Positions 10,696 through 19,068 of a stretch of 64,000 nucleotides of DNA are shown piece after piece (the first letter of the stretch is position 1; each line of letters starts with the position of its first letter). Under the pieces are notes generated by a model. The model made no database searches. It was not told the DNA's origin and saw only the letters and a list, made by a program, of their open reading frames with translations. Origin of the DNA: an uncultured Candidatus Binatia bacterium (GTDB lineage: Bacteria > Desulfobacterota > Binatia > Bin18); NCBI GenBank assembly GCA_965214605.1, contig OZ243961.1, positions 1,856,001 to 1,920,000 on the forward strand. Reading direction: 5' to 3'. The translations under genes and the position numbers were made by a program.

Positions 10696-10938
10696 ATGAT
10701 GGATCATCTCGCCGGAGTCTATCAAGGGATAGTCCGGGATAATCGGGACCCGGAAAACCGGCTACGGCTAAAAGTCGAGGTTTTTGAAGTGCCCGGCGTG
10801 GCCGAATGGGCGCTCCCGTGCCTGCCGCCCGGCGTGGAAACCCTGCCCGACGCCGGAGAAACGGTCTGGCTGCTGTTTCAGGGCGGCAGCCGCAGCAAGC
10901 CGGTTTGGCTCGGAGTACTGCCCGGCAGCTTAGCGTAG
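10696..10938 (+). CDS. Stand-alone phage baseplate V / Gp5-VgrG N-terminal OB-fold protein
   Basis: GVYQGIVRDNRDPENRLRLKVEV, WALPC, LPDAGETVWLLFQGG...PVWLG; GAGAGG RBS. Confidence 0.8.
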   Translation: MMDHLAGVYQGIVRDNRDPENRLRLKVEVFEVPGVAEWALPCLPPGVETLPDAGETVWLLFQGGSRSKPVWLGVLPGSLA

Positions 10939-11518
10939 GGACGCTTCGCCGGGGCGTCTTGTCTGTTCAACCGGCGTAGCCAGAGGGTCGCATAGGAACG
11001 AAACGTCCTATGCCCGCTGAAACGGCCCCGGAGCTAAGCCCCCTCTAGGGCCACGGTCCAGAGCAACGCCGCCCAAAACATCGACCGTCAGCACCAGCCT
11101 TGTGCCGCCGCTAAGGGTGGTGGCGCTCCCTCTTCGAATCTGGTTGGAAACGCTCCCCCGCACGCCCGACAGCGGGGCGTGGCAAATTGAAAGATACGGA
11201 CGGCGAAGCTAGTCGGTAGGCTGGACAGGTCCGTTTCCCAACAGTCCTCCACCCAGACCTCGTAGAGCTGTTTAAGCCCGGCGACGGCTAGGTGAGGATG
11301 GGTCGCCGGAAGTTCGACCCCGTCGCATTGAAAGAGGCCGAGGTGTAGACGAGTCCCATAAAAACCGAAGGAGATCGTCAGCACTGAGCCGGACACGAGG
11401 CGGGTTCTGACACACGGGTTAACGGGGATGATATGTTGAGCCTTTGGCCGTCCCCCAAGCATCTACCCAAGAGGTCTTTTCTGTTACGTGCTCACCACGA
11501 TTATGCTAACCTGCCGTT

Positions 11519-11818
11519 ATGAAAAACAACTCTCTGTCCGAGACGCGCCGTCGAAGCTATTGGCGCGAAAATCTTATCATTGTCGTGGGTTTACTGAGCG
11601 TCTGGTTCAGCGTCTCTTTTGGCCTCTCAATCATCTTTGTCGACGCCCTCAACACTGTCCGGCTGGGTGGCTTCCGACTAGGTTTTTGGATGGCCCAACA
11701 AGGCTCGCTCTACATCTTTGTCCTTCTGATCTTCTTATACGTGTGGCTGATGAACCGTTTGGATCGGGCCCACGGTGTACAAGAACAAGACCCGACGCGC
11801 GGGGGAGCGGCCCAGTGA
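11519..11818 (+). CDS. DUF4212 small membrane subunit of solute:sodium symporter
   Basis: YWRENL, GFRLGFWMAQQGS, MNRLD; overlaps symporter start. Confidence 0.9.
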   Translation: MKNNSLSETRRRSYWRENLIIVVGLLSVWFSVSFGLSIIFVDALNTVRLGGFRLGFWMAQQGSLYIFVLLIFLYVWLMNRLDRAHGVQEQDPTRGGAAQ

Positions 11819-13572
11819 TGGACAGCGATCCGGTCAAAATTTGGACCTTCATCATCGTCGGCCTCTCATTTGCGCTATATATCGGTATCGCCTGGCGAGC
11901 CAAGGCCGAGTCAACCAGTGATTTTTATATAGCGGGCTCCCGAGTCGGTGCGGTAGCCAACGGCATGGCGACCGCTGCCGGTTGGATGAGTGCGGCCTCG
12001 TTTATCTCAATGGCTGGTATGATGTCCTTCTTGGGCCGGGACGGCGCCATGTATCTCATGGGCTGGACCGGCGGCTATGTGCTGTTAGCTCTGTTGCTAG
12101 CGCCTTATTTGCGGAAATTCGGCAAATACACAGTGCCCGATTTTGTCGGCGAACGCTATTACTCGCAAACCGCTCGAATCGTTGCCCTAGTGTGTGCCAT
12201 CTTTGTCTCGTTTACTTATGTAGCCGGTCAGATGCGCGGTGTGGGGGTAGTATTTGCCCGATTTTTGGAAGTGCCGATTGAGCTAGGCGTGGTCATTGGC
12301 ATGGCTATCGTCCTCATCTACGCCGTAGCCGGCGGACAAAAAGGCATTACCTATACCCAGGTCGCTCAGTACTGTGTGCTGATCTTTGCCTACATGCTGC
12401 CGAGCTTTTTTATTTCCATCCTGATGACCGATACGCTCCTGCCCCAAATCGGGTTTGGCGCGGAGCTGAAAACTGAGCCAGGCGTCTCGCTGCTTGATAA
12501 GCTCGACGGTCTGAGTCAAGAACTCGGTTTTGCCGCATATACGGGCCGGGGAAGTAAAACCGTGATCGACGTCTTTTTTATCACCCTGTCTCTGATGGTT
12601 GGCACCGCGGGTCTGCCACACGTTATTACCCGTTTTTTTACCGTTCCTCGGGTAAAAGACGCGCGTATCTCGGCAGGCTGGGCGCTGTTGTTTATTGTCA
12701 TTCTGTACGCGACCGCGCCGGCCGTAGCGGCGTTCGCCCGCACAAACCTCTTAACGAGCGTCCACAACACTGAATATGCCCAGGTTCCCAACTGGTTCTC
12801 AAAGTGGGAGGAAACCGGCCTGATTCGCTTTGTGGACAAAAATCAGGATGGCCGCATCCAGTATTACAATGATCAGAACCCGACCTTTGCTGAACGCGCC
12901 GCAGCCTTGGGCTGGGATGGAAACGAGCTGCACATCGACCGTGATATCATTGTGTTGGCCAACCCTGAAATTGCCCGGCTGCCGGCCTGGATAGTCGCCT
13001 TAGTGGCGGCCGGCGGCCTGGCCGCAGCCCTGTCTACGGCCGCGGGTCTCCTGCTCGTCCTTTCAACGTCGATCTCCCACGATCTGATGAAAAATGTGCT
13101 CAGCCCCCATATCACCGAAAGGCAAGAGCTGCGTTACGCGCGGCTGGCCTCGGTCGTGGCGATTATTATTGCCGGCTATTTCGGCATCAACCCGCCGGGG
13201 TTTGTCGCCCAAGTCGTGGCCTTTGCCTTCGGTCTGGCCGCATCGAGTTTCTTCCCAGCCATTGTGCTCGGCATTTTCTCTAAGCGCATGAACCACTGGG
13301 GGGCGGTTGCCGGGATGATAACCGGGATGGGTTTCACGAGCGCCTATATTATCTATTTCAAGTTCATCAGCCCCGAAGCCAATACCGCCGCGCACTGGCT
13401 ATGGGGCATCTCTCCGGAAGGCATTGGCGGGATTGGCATGTTGCTCAACTTTGGGGTTGCGGTCCTCATCGCCTCTCTCACTCGCCCCCCAGCCCAAGAC
13501 GTTCAAGACCTGGTTGAGGATATCCGCATACCGCGTAAAGAAAAGCCGATTTCCGATCAAAGCGTGAGCTGA
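11818..13572 (+). CDS. actP: Cation/acetate symporter (sodium:solute symporter family)
   Basis: WMSAASF, APYLRKFGKYTVPDF, GTAGLPHV, AALSTAAGLL; true start MDSDP at 11818. Confidence 0.88.
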   Translation: MDSDPVKIWTFIIVGLSFALYIGIAWRAKAESTSDFYIAGSRVGAVANGMATAAGWMSAASFISMAGMMSFLGRDGAMYLMGWTGGYVLLALLLAPYLRKFGKYTVPDFVGERYYSQTARIVALVCAIFVSFTYVAGQMRGVGVVFARFLEVPIELGVVIGMAIVLIYAVAGGQKGITYTQVAQYCVLIFAYMLPSFFISILMTDTLLPQIGFGAELKTEPGVSLLDKLDGLSQELGFAAYTGRGSKTVIDVFFITLSLMVGTAGLPHVITRFFTVPRVKDARISAGWALLFIVILYATAPAVAAFARTNLLTSVHNTEYAQVPNWFSKWEETGLIRFVDKNQDGRIQYYNDQNPTFAERAAALGWDGNELHIDRDIIVLANPEIARLPAWIVALVAAGGLAAALSTAAGLLLVLSTSISHDLMKNVLSPHITERQELRYARLASVVAIIIAGYFGINPPGFVAQVVAFAFGLAASSFFPAIVLGIFSKRMNHWGAVAGMITGMGFTSAYIIYFKFISPEANTAAHWLWGISPEGIGGIGMLLNFGVAVLIASLTRPPAQDVQDLVEDIRIPRKEKPISDQSVS

Positions 13573-13584
13573 TGAGAAAAGAAG

Positions 13585-13657
<73 letters not shown>

Positions 13658-13712
13658 CCACGGATAAGGCCCCGAACTCTAACAGTCGAGGGAGGTTTTT
13701 GCAAGCCAAGGC

Positions 13713-13774
13713 GCCCCCTCCCTAGCCCTCCCCCCAGAGGGGAAGGGAATGCAGACAGAGGGGGAAAGAGGAGG
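13713..13774. repeat. REP-like CCCCTCCC...GGGAGGGG imperfect palindrome
   Basis: C-rich arm followed by G-rich arm; similar element at 52545-52612. Confidence 0.45.
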
Positions 13775-14914
13775 TCAGGTCAGACCAACTTGCAGAAACG
13801 TCACAATAGCTCTCAGGCCCAAGTTGTCGTACTGGGCGTTGATATCGGAGCGGAAGATAAAGTGAATTAGCCCGTCCTCAGCCTGGGCTTCCGGCGGAGG
13901 ATTCTGATCCCAAGCACCCTGTTCACAAGCGTTCATCAAGGACTCGTCAATCGAATAGCTGCCGGAACGGCTGCGTAAGACGAGCCCGACCAGATCGCCA
14001 TCTACCGATAGCTTAGCTTCGATAGTCACCCAGTCGCGGGCCGCAATAACATCGTCGAGCTTTAGGTTTCTCCGCTGGTCAATCACCAAATGCTCAAACA
14101 CACGCTGTGCCACCCGGCGGACGAACGGGGCAAAACGGTGCGCCTTGGTGTTCAAGAAAGTCATATTGCCGCGGCGCACATCGGGCAGGTGATCCGGCGT
14201 TCCCCTCGGTCCGGGCAGGGACAGGGGACTCTGCTGGATCGGGGGGGCCATGCTCAGCAGCTCATTGCCGGTCGGGGGACGCTGTTCGTCCTGCCCTTCC
14301 TGCTCTTTGCCCCGGTCTTTAATGAACTCCTGGGCTAATAAATCAGCAGGGCTGGCAAACAACTGGGGGGCGCGTTTTGAGGTATTGAGCGCACTGGGTT
14401 TAAGGGCCTTCAGGTTCTTCTTCGGTGCGTTCTCAGGTTTGAACTCCGCCAGCTGGGTAGGAGCTTGGGGCTGGATGCTGGGGGGGTCCTCTCGTTCTGG
14501 GTTCGGGGTCGGCAGCGGAGTACCAACGGCAACCGTTTCTTCCTCGGCCGTAGTATTTTTGTCGCTCAGGAAACGTGTTTGGTCGGGGCTCTGCTCATTG
14601 ATGACGTCGGGCGGATTGACAATTTGCTCAGGGAGGGGCTGAGGCGGTGGTTCGGTTTCTTTCTCTTCAGCCTGCTCTTCTTTTGGGACTTCCTCAGGGA
14701 TGTTTGGCTCGGCCTGGACCAGCCTCTGGGGCTCTTCCGCCGGCAGCAGTTCCACCTCGGTCAACTGTTCCGTCTCGGGCGGAAAGACTGGATTGGGCAC
14801 GGGAAACAAGAGGAGCAGGAACAGATGGAAAAGAATCGAGAAGAGCAAAAAAACGACGAGCGGATCGCGGCGGTGCTGCTGGGGGCGCGTAAGGGTGAGG
14901 GCGACCATTGACAT
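13775..14914 (-). CDS. TonB family protein (N-terminal TM, Pro/Glu-rich linker, TonB-C-like domain)
   Basis: SILFH TM motif, Pro-rich linker, TFLNT..RFAPFVRRV, RSGSYSIDE, NPPP. Confidence 0.75.
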   Translation of the reverse strand: MSMVALTLTRPQQHRRDPLVVFLLFSILFHLFLLLLFPVPNPVFPPETEQLTEVELLPAEEPQRLVQAEPNIPEEVPKEEQAEEKETEPPPQPLPEQIVNPPDVINEQSPDQTRFLSDKNTTAEEETVAVGTPLPTPNPEREDPPSIQPQAPTQLAEFKPENAPKKNLKALKPSALNTSKRAPQLFASPADLLAQEFIKDRGKEQEGQDEQRPPTGNELLSMAPPIQQSPLSLPGPRGTPDHLPDVRRGNMTFLNTKAHRFAPFVRRVAQRVFEHLVIDQRRNLKLDDVIAARDWVTIEAKLSVDGDLVGLVLRSRSGSYSIDESLMNACEQGAWDQNPPPEAQAEDGLIHFIFRSDINAQYDNLGLRAIVTFLQVGLT

Positions 14915-15007
14915 CGGCTGTATTCTAGCCTTCTTGGCCGGAGCCTGCAAGAAAAATGTTTACCTGCCTTGCCCATGGGCAGAGACATCGCGTATAGTAC
15001 GGAAATC

Positions 15008-15205
15008 ATGTTCGGTCTTGGTGTGGGAGAGCTCCTGATCATTCTGATCATTGTCCTGGTCATTTTCGGCGCAGGGAAATTGCCGGCTATTGGTGAGGGG
15101 CTTGGGAAGGGGATTCAGAACTTTCGCAAATCGGTCAAGTCGCCGGAAATCGATATCACTCCGGACAACGAAACAGACAAGCCATCCGACAATCCCCCCT
15201 CATAA
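15008..15205 (+). CDS. tatA: Twin-arginine translocase TatA/E subunit
   Basis: MFGLGVGELLIILIIVLVIFGAGKLP...LGKGIQNFRKS. Confidence 0.95.
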   Translation: MFGLGVGELLIILIIVLVIFGAGKLPAIGEGLGKGIQNFRKSVKSPEIDITPDNETDKPSDNPPS

Positions 15206-15223
15206 CGAACGGTTCCGCCACCT

Positions 15224-16474
15224 TCACGCCATCCCCTGGACATCTTCAAACTGAACAGCCACCACCCGTCCTGAGATCTCCGAGACAGAGCCGGGCGGCC
15301 GGGTAAAGATCAAAAGACATTTTGCGGCTTGGCCGGCAGGGATGTGAAAGTCTTCTGGCGGCACGAGTTTTTGGAGAGTACTCATATTGCGAACCGTTAA
15401 ATTTTCCAACAACGCAGGGTTGGCCTCGTGACCACAGAATACGCGCTGCTGCCCAACTTGCTTACCGACCCCATTGTAGAGCGTGCCCTCAAACTGTACC
15501 AGTTTGGCAGACACGCTAGCGGTATTCAGCACCGTAGCCGCGACGGCAAACACACGACGATTGTCTTTGCTCAGCCAAAAACGGCCGCTCAGCTCATCCA
15601 GCCTCATATGGCGCGCAGAGAACGGCTCGGAGACAAAGAATTGACCCACCATTGGAAGCTGCTCGAGAACGAGCTTTGTCTGCCGGGGGTAGGAAAGCGC
15701 GGCATAGCTCAACAGGGCATACCCACAGACAAAAAACCCGATAAGGGTCAATACAGCACGAACAGAAAGAAGAGTCTCAGGCGGCTTGTCGGCAGAGGGC
15801 GAATCCACGGCAGCGGGGACTCGTTCGGTATCCTCATCTGGCTCGCTCGGGGTGGACTCGGGCAATTCAGCATCTGGCTCGCTCGGGGTGGACTCGGGCA
15901 ATTCAGCATCTGGCTCGCTCGGGGTGGACTCGGGCAATTCAGCATCTGGCTCGCTCGGGGTGGACTCGGGCAATTCAGCGTTCGACTCCGGGCCGTCCCC
16001 TAGCGCTTTCTGGGGCATCGCCGGCGGCTCGCCTTCGATGTCCAGGGCGCGCTCGTCCTCAGAGACCGGCCCGCCATCCAGTCCATCCGATGCGGCCTGC
16101 TCATCGGAGTCATTCTGCCCAGCTCGCCCAGTCTGCTCAGCACAGCCCTCCATCTCGGCCGGTGGAGGCGACTTGATCTCCTGACGGACAAATGCTGGGA
16201 CACGATCCAGCAAATCGCCGGCGTTGACGCTGGACTCAGCTTTGAGATCAATCTGTTGTTCGTTCTTCCAGGTCGACTCGGGCTCAGGCGCGAAGCTCAG
16301 AGGCTTGGTAGCGGAAGCGGGCTTTGCGCTATTCTCCTTCCGCAGCACCGGAGGCGTATAGACAAAGATGTGTCCACAGTCCTCCTGACAACACTCGAAC
16401 GATGTTTCCCCCGCCGCCATTAGGCTCGCGTCAACCCGGTAGCGCGTCTTACACTTAGGACATTCAACCGTCAC
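15224..16474 (-). CDS. MJ0042-type zinc-ribbon / DUF3426 membrane protein
   Basis: N-terminal CPKCKTRY...CCQEDCGHIF, acidic linker, single TM, C-terminal beta domain. Confidence 0.8.
   Translation of the reverse strand: MTVECPKCKTRYRVDASLMAAGETSFECCQEDCGHIFVYTPPVLRKENSAKPASATKPLSFAPEPESTWKNEQQIDLKAESSVNAGDLLDRVPAFVRQEIKSPPPAEMEGCAEQTGRAGQNDSDEQAASDGLDGGPVSEDERALDIEGEPPAMPQKALGDGPESNAELPESTPSEPDAELPESTPSEPDAELPESTPSEPDAELPESTPSEPDEDTERVPAAVDSPSADKPPETLLSVRAVLTLIGFFVCGYALLSYAALSYPRQTKLVLEQLPMVGQFFVSEPFSARHMRLDELSGRFWLSKDNRRVFAVAATVLNTASVSAKLVQFEGTLYNGVGKQVGQQRVFCGHEANPALLENLTVRNMSTLQKLVPPEDFHIPAGQAAKCLLIFTRPPGSVSEISGRVVAVQFEDVQGMA
15835..15978. repeat. Four perfect 36-bp tandem repeats (ELPESTPSEPDA) within the DUF3426 gene
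   Basis: Unit CATCTGGCTCGCTCGGGGTGGACTCGGGCAATTCAG x4, no spacers. Confidence 0.97.
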
Positions 16475-16581
16475 AACATCCCCTCCACCAGCTTATTGTA
16501 CAGAAAGAAGTGCAGGAAAATCAACGACATTGACGACAAGTCACAAGAGAAACTATAATAGTAGAGATCCAATCCTCAGCG

Positions 16582-17397
16582 ATGGGGAGGCGTGTGATTC
16601 CGATGGCCCTCGTGCGTGTTGTTTTCATCGCCCTGAACACTATCCTCTGGAGCGTACCAGTTCTGCTCTTCGCGCCTTTTGACATGTACGCCCAACGCGC
16701 GGCCCGCTACATTCGCTTCTGGGCCAAGAGCAACCTGTTCGTGTGTGGAGTGAAGGTCGACGTCCGTGGCCGAGAACAGCTCGATCCCCGGCAAGCCTAT
16801 GTTTTCATGGCCAACCATCAGAGCATGTTTGATATTTTGGTGCTGATGGCCAGCCTTGAGGCGTTTCAGCTGCGTTGGGTCGCTAAACACGAACTGCGCA
16901 AGGTTCCGCTCTTTGGTCTGTGCATGGACTGGACTCACCAGGTCTTGGTTGATCGCCAGAGCCGAACCCAAACGATCGCAACCATCCGGAAAGTCAAAGC
17001 GCTGCTGCAAGCCGGGATCTCGGTGCTGTTTTTTCCGGAAGGGACCCGCAGCCAGGACGGACGTCTGCTACCGTTCAAACCCGGGGGATTCGTCGTTGCT
17101 GTGGAGACCGGCAGTCCGGTTGTTCCGGTTACGGTTAACGGCGGGCGGGATATTCTCCCCTCAGGCAGCTGGAAGATCCGGTCCGGGCGGATGAGTGTCG
17201 TCTTTAGCCCGCCTATTGTCAGAGATCCGTTGGTGGCCAAAAAAACGGCCCGACAGAATTTACTAGCCCAGGTCGAAAAAGCGATTGCTCGACACCATAT
17301 GCCCTCTGCGCACCGGACAACGACCGCTCAGCCTGCCTCTCCCGAACACCCGGATCGTGCATCGTCTTGTACGGCTAGGGATCGGACGAGCGTATGA
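16582..17397 (+). CDS. plsC: 1-acyl-sn-glycerol-3-phosphate acyltransferase
   Basis: NHQSMFD and FPEGTRS motifs. Confidence 0.9.
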   Translation: MGRRVIPMALVRVVFIALNTILWSVPVLLFAPFDMYAQRAARYIRFWAKSNLFVCGVKVDVRGREQLDPRQAYVFMANHQSMFDILVLMASLEAFQLRWVAKHELRKVPLFGLCMDWTHQVLVDRQSRTQTIATIRKVKALLQAGISVLFFPEGTRSQDGRLLPFKPGGFVVAVETGSPVVPVTVNGGRDILPSGSWKIRSGRMSVVFSPPIVRDPLVAKKTARQNLLAQVEKAIARHHMPSAHRTTTAQPASPEHPDRASSCTARDRTSV

Positions 17398-19055
17398 ATG
17401 AGGGCCAGCTGCGTATCATTCCCCTTGGCGGTCTGGGCGAGATCGGACTCAACCTGCTGCTGATCGAGTATTGCCCGGCCGAAGGTGGTCGCCCAACCGC
17501 AATCGCCGTTGACTGTGGCCTCATGTTTCCCGAGCAGGAGATGCTCGGCATTGACATAGTTATCCCGGATTTCGGCTATCTGCGCCAGCACCAACATCTG
17601 CAGGCGGTCATCTTCACCCACGGCCACGAGGACCATATTGGTGCCTTGCCCTATTTACTCCAAGAATTTGATGTCCCGATCTATGGCACGCCGTTCACCC
17701 TGGGGCTGATCCGCGACAAGTTGACCGAACGAGGTCTGCTTGAGCAGACGACTATCCACGAGTTTCATCCCCGTCAGGAATGGCAAATTGGACCGTTTCG
17801 CATAGAGGGCATTCCGGTGACGCACAGCATTGTGGATGCCTCGGCCTTAGCCATTACCACTCCCCTCGGTACCATTATCCACACTGGTGATTTTAAGATT
17901 GACCATACGCCTATCGATGACCGGCAAACCGATCTGACGCGTTTGGCCGAATGGGGAGAGCGCGGTGTCCTACTCCTGTTGGCCGACTCGACAAATGTTG
18001 AGCGTCCAGGCTCGAATCCGTCAGAGCGCAGCCTCGCCAGGCCGCTCGAAAATATTATTGCCCAATCCGAGGGCAAAGTCTTGGTTGCCACCTTTGCTTC
18101 CCACATCCACCGTATTCGTCAAATTCTCGACCTGTCGGTAAAACAGGGTCGAACCGTCGGCGTGGTTGGCAGGCGACTAGTCAGCAACATAGGGATCGCC
18201 CAAGAGACCGGGCATTTGTCTATTGCACCGGATATCTTGATTGATGTTGGTCAGGTCTCGCAGCGCGACCCGCGAACGGTGACCCTTCTAACGACCGGTT
18301 CCCAGGGCGAACCTATGTCAGCCCTGTCGCGAATTGCCGCCGGCGCCCACCCCCAGGTCCAGCTAGCTGCAGGCGATACGGTAGTTTTGTCGTCGCGGGT
18401 CATTCCCGGCAACGAACGCACAATCGCCCGCCTGATCGACCATCTGTCTCGGCGCGGGGCTGACATCTATTACGAGGCGATCTCGTGCGTTCATGTCTCC
18501 GGTCATGCCTGTCAGGACGAGTTGCGTCTCATGCTCAACCTAGTCCGCCCCCAGTACTTCGTGCCCATTCACGGCGAATACCGTCATCTGGTCCGTCACT
18601 CGGCCTTGGCCCGCCAGGTCGGAATCGAGTCGGACAACGTCTTTTTGTTAGAAAACGGCCAGGTGCTCGAAATCAACTGCCGTGGCGCTTTTCAGACTGA
18701 TTCCGTCCAGGCCGGACGGGTGTTTGTAGACGGTTTGGCCGGCATTGAGGAAGAGCTTATGCGTGACCGCCGCCATCTGGCCAGCGACGGGATCGTGGTC
18801 GCCATCCTCAGTATCGCTCAACACACTGGGGAACTCGTCAGTGGACCGGAGCTGCTGTCGCGCGGATTCTTAACCAACGGTGAGGGCTTAGATGAGGCCA
18901 AAGATGTCATACGGAGTACGCTCAGCGAATTGCCGCTGGAGTCCCGGACCGATATTGGCACGGTGAAGGAGCAGGTCCGGCTGTCGTTACGCCGTTATTT
19001 TCGCCGTAGGCTGGGACGTCGGCCGGTTGTATTACCATTTGTGACGGAGATGTGA
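17394..19055 (+). CDS. rnj: Ribonuclease J
   Basis: GGLGEIG, HGHEDH, HTGDFK, TGSQGEP, HVSGH, PIHGE. Confidence 0.96.
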   Translation: MNEGQLRIIPLGGLGEIGLNLLLIEYCPAEGGRPTAIAVDCGLMFPEQEMLGIDIVIPDFGYLRQHQHLQAVIFTHGHEDHIGALPYLLQEFDVPIYGTPFTLGLIRDKLTERGLLEQTTIHEFHPRQEWQIGPFRIEGIPVTHSIVDASALAITTPLGTIIHTGDFKIDHTPIDDRQTDLTRLAEWGERGVLLLLADSTNVERPGSNPSERSLARPLENIIAQSEGKVLVATFASHIHRIRQILDLSVKQGRTVGVVGRRLVSNIGIAQETGHLSIAPDILIDVGQVSQRDPRTVTLLTTGSQGEPMSALSRIAAGAHPQVQLAAGDTVVLSSRVIPGNERTIARLIDHLSRRGADIYYEAISCVHVSGHACQDELRLMLNLVRPQYFVPIHGEYRHLVRHSALARQVGIESDNVFLLENGQVLEINCRGAFQTDSVQAGRVFVDGLAGIEEELMRDRRHLASDGIVVAILSIAQHTGELVSGPELLSRGFLTNGEGLDEAKDVIRSTLSELPLESRTDIGTVKEQVRLSLRRYFRRRLGRRPVVLPFVTEM

Positions 19056-19068
19056 GGAGGCGGGAGGC

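Noticed and set aside
10415-10938. Prophage or complete eCIS/T6SS locus
   Set aside because: Only one spike-related domain; no other structural genes or integrase
11088-11462. 124-aa minus-strand ORF
   Set aside because: No clear RBS or family motif; treated as spurious or decayed
11488-11817. 110-aa N-terminal extension of ActP in the ORF track
   Set aside because: It overlaps the genuine DUF4212 gene; the true start is 11818
15835-15978. 36-bp repeats as a CRISPR array
   Set aside because: No spacers; in-frame coding tandem repeat
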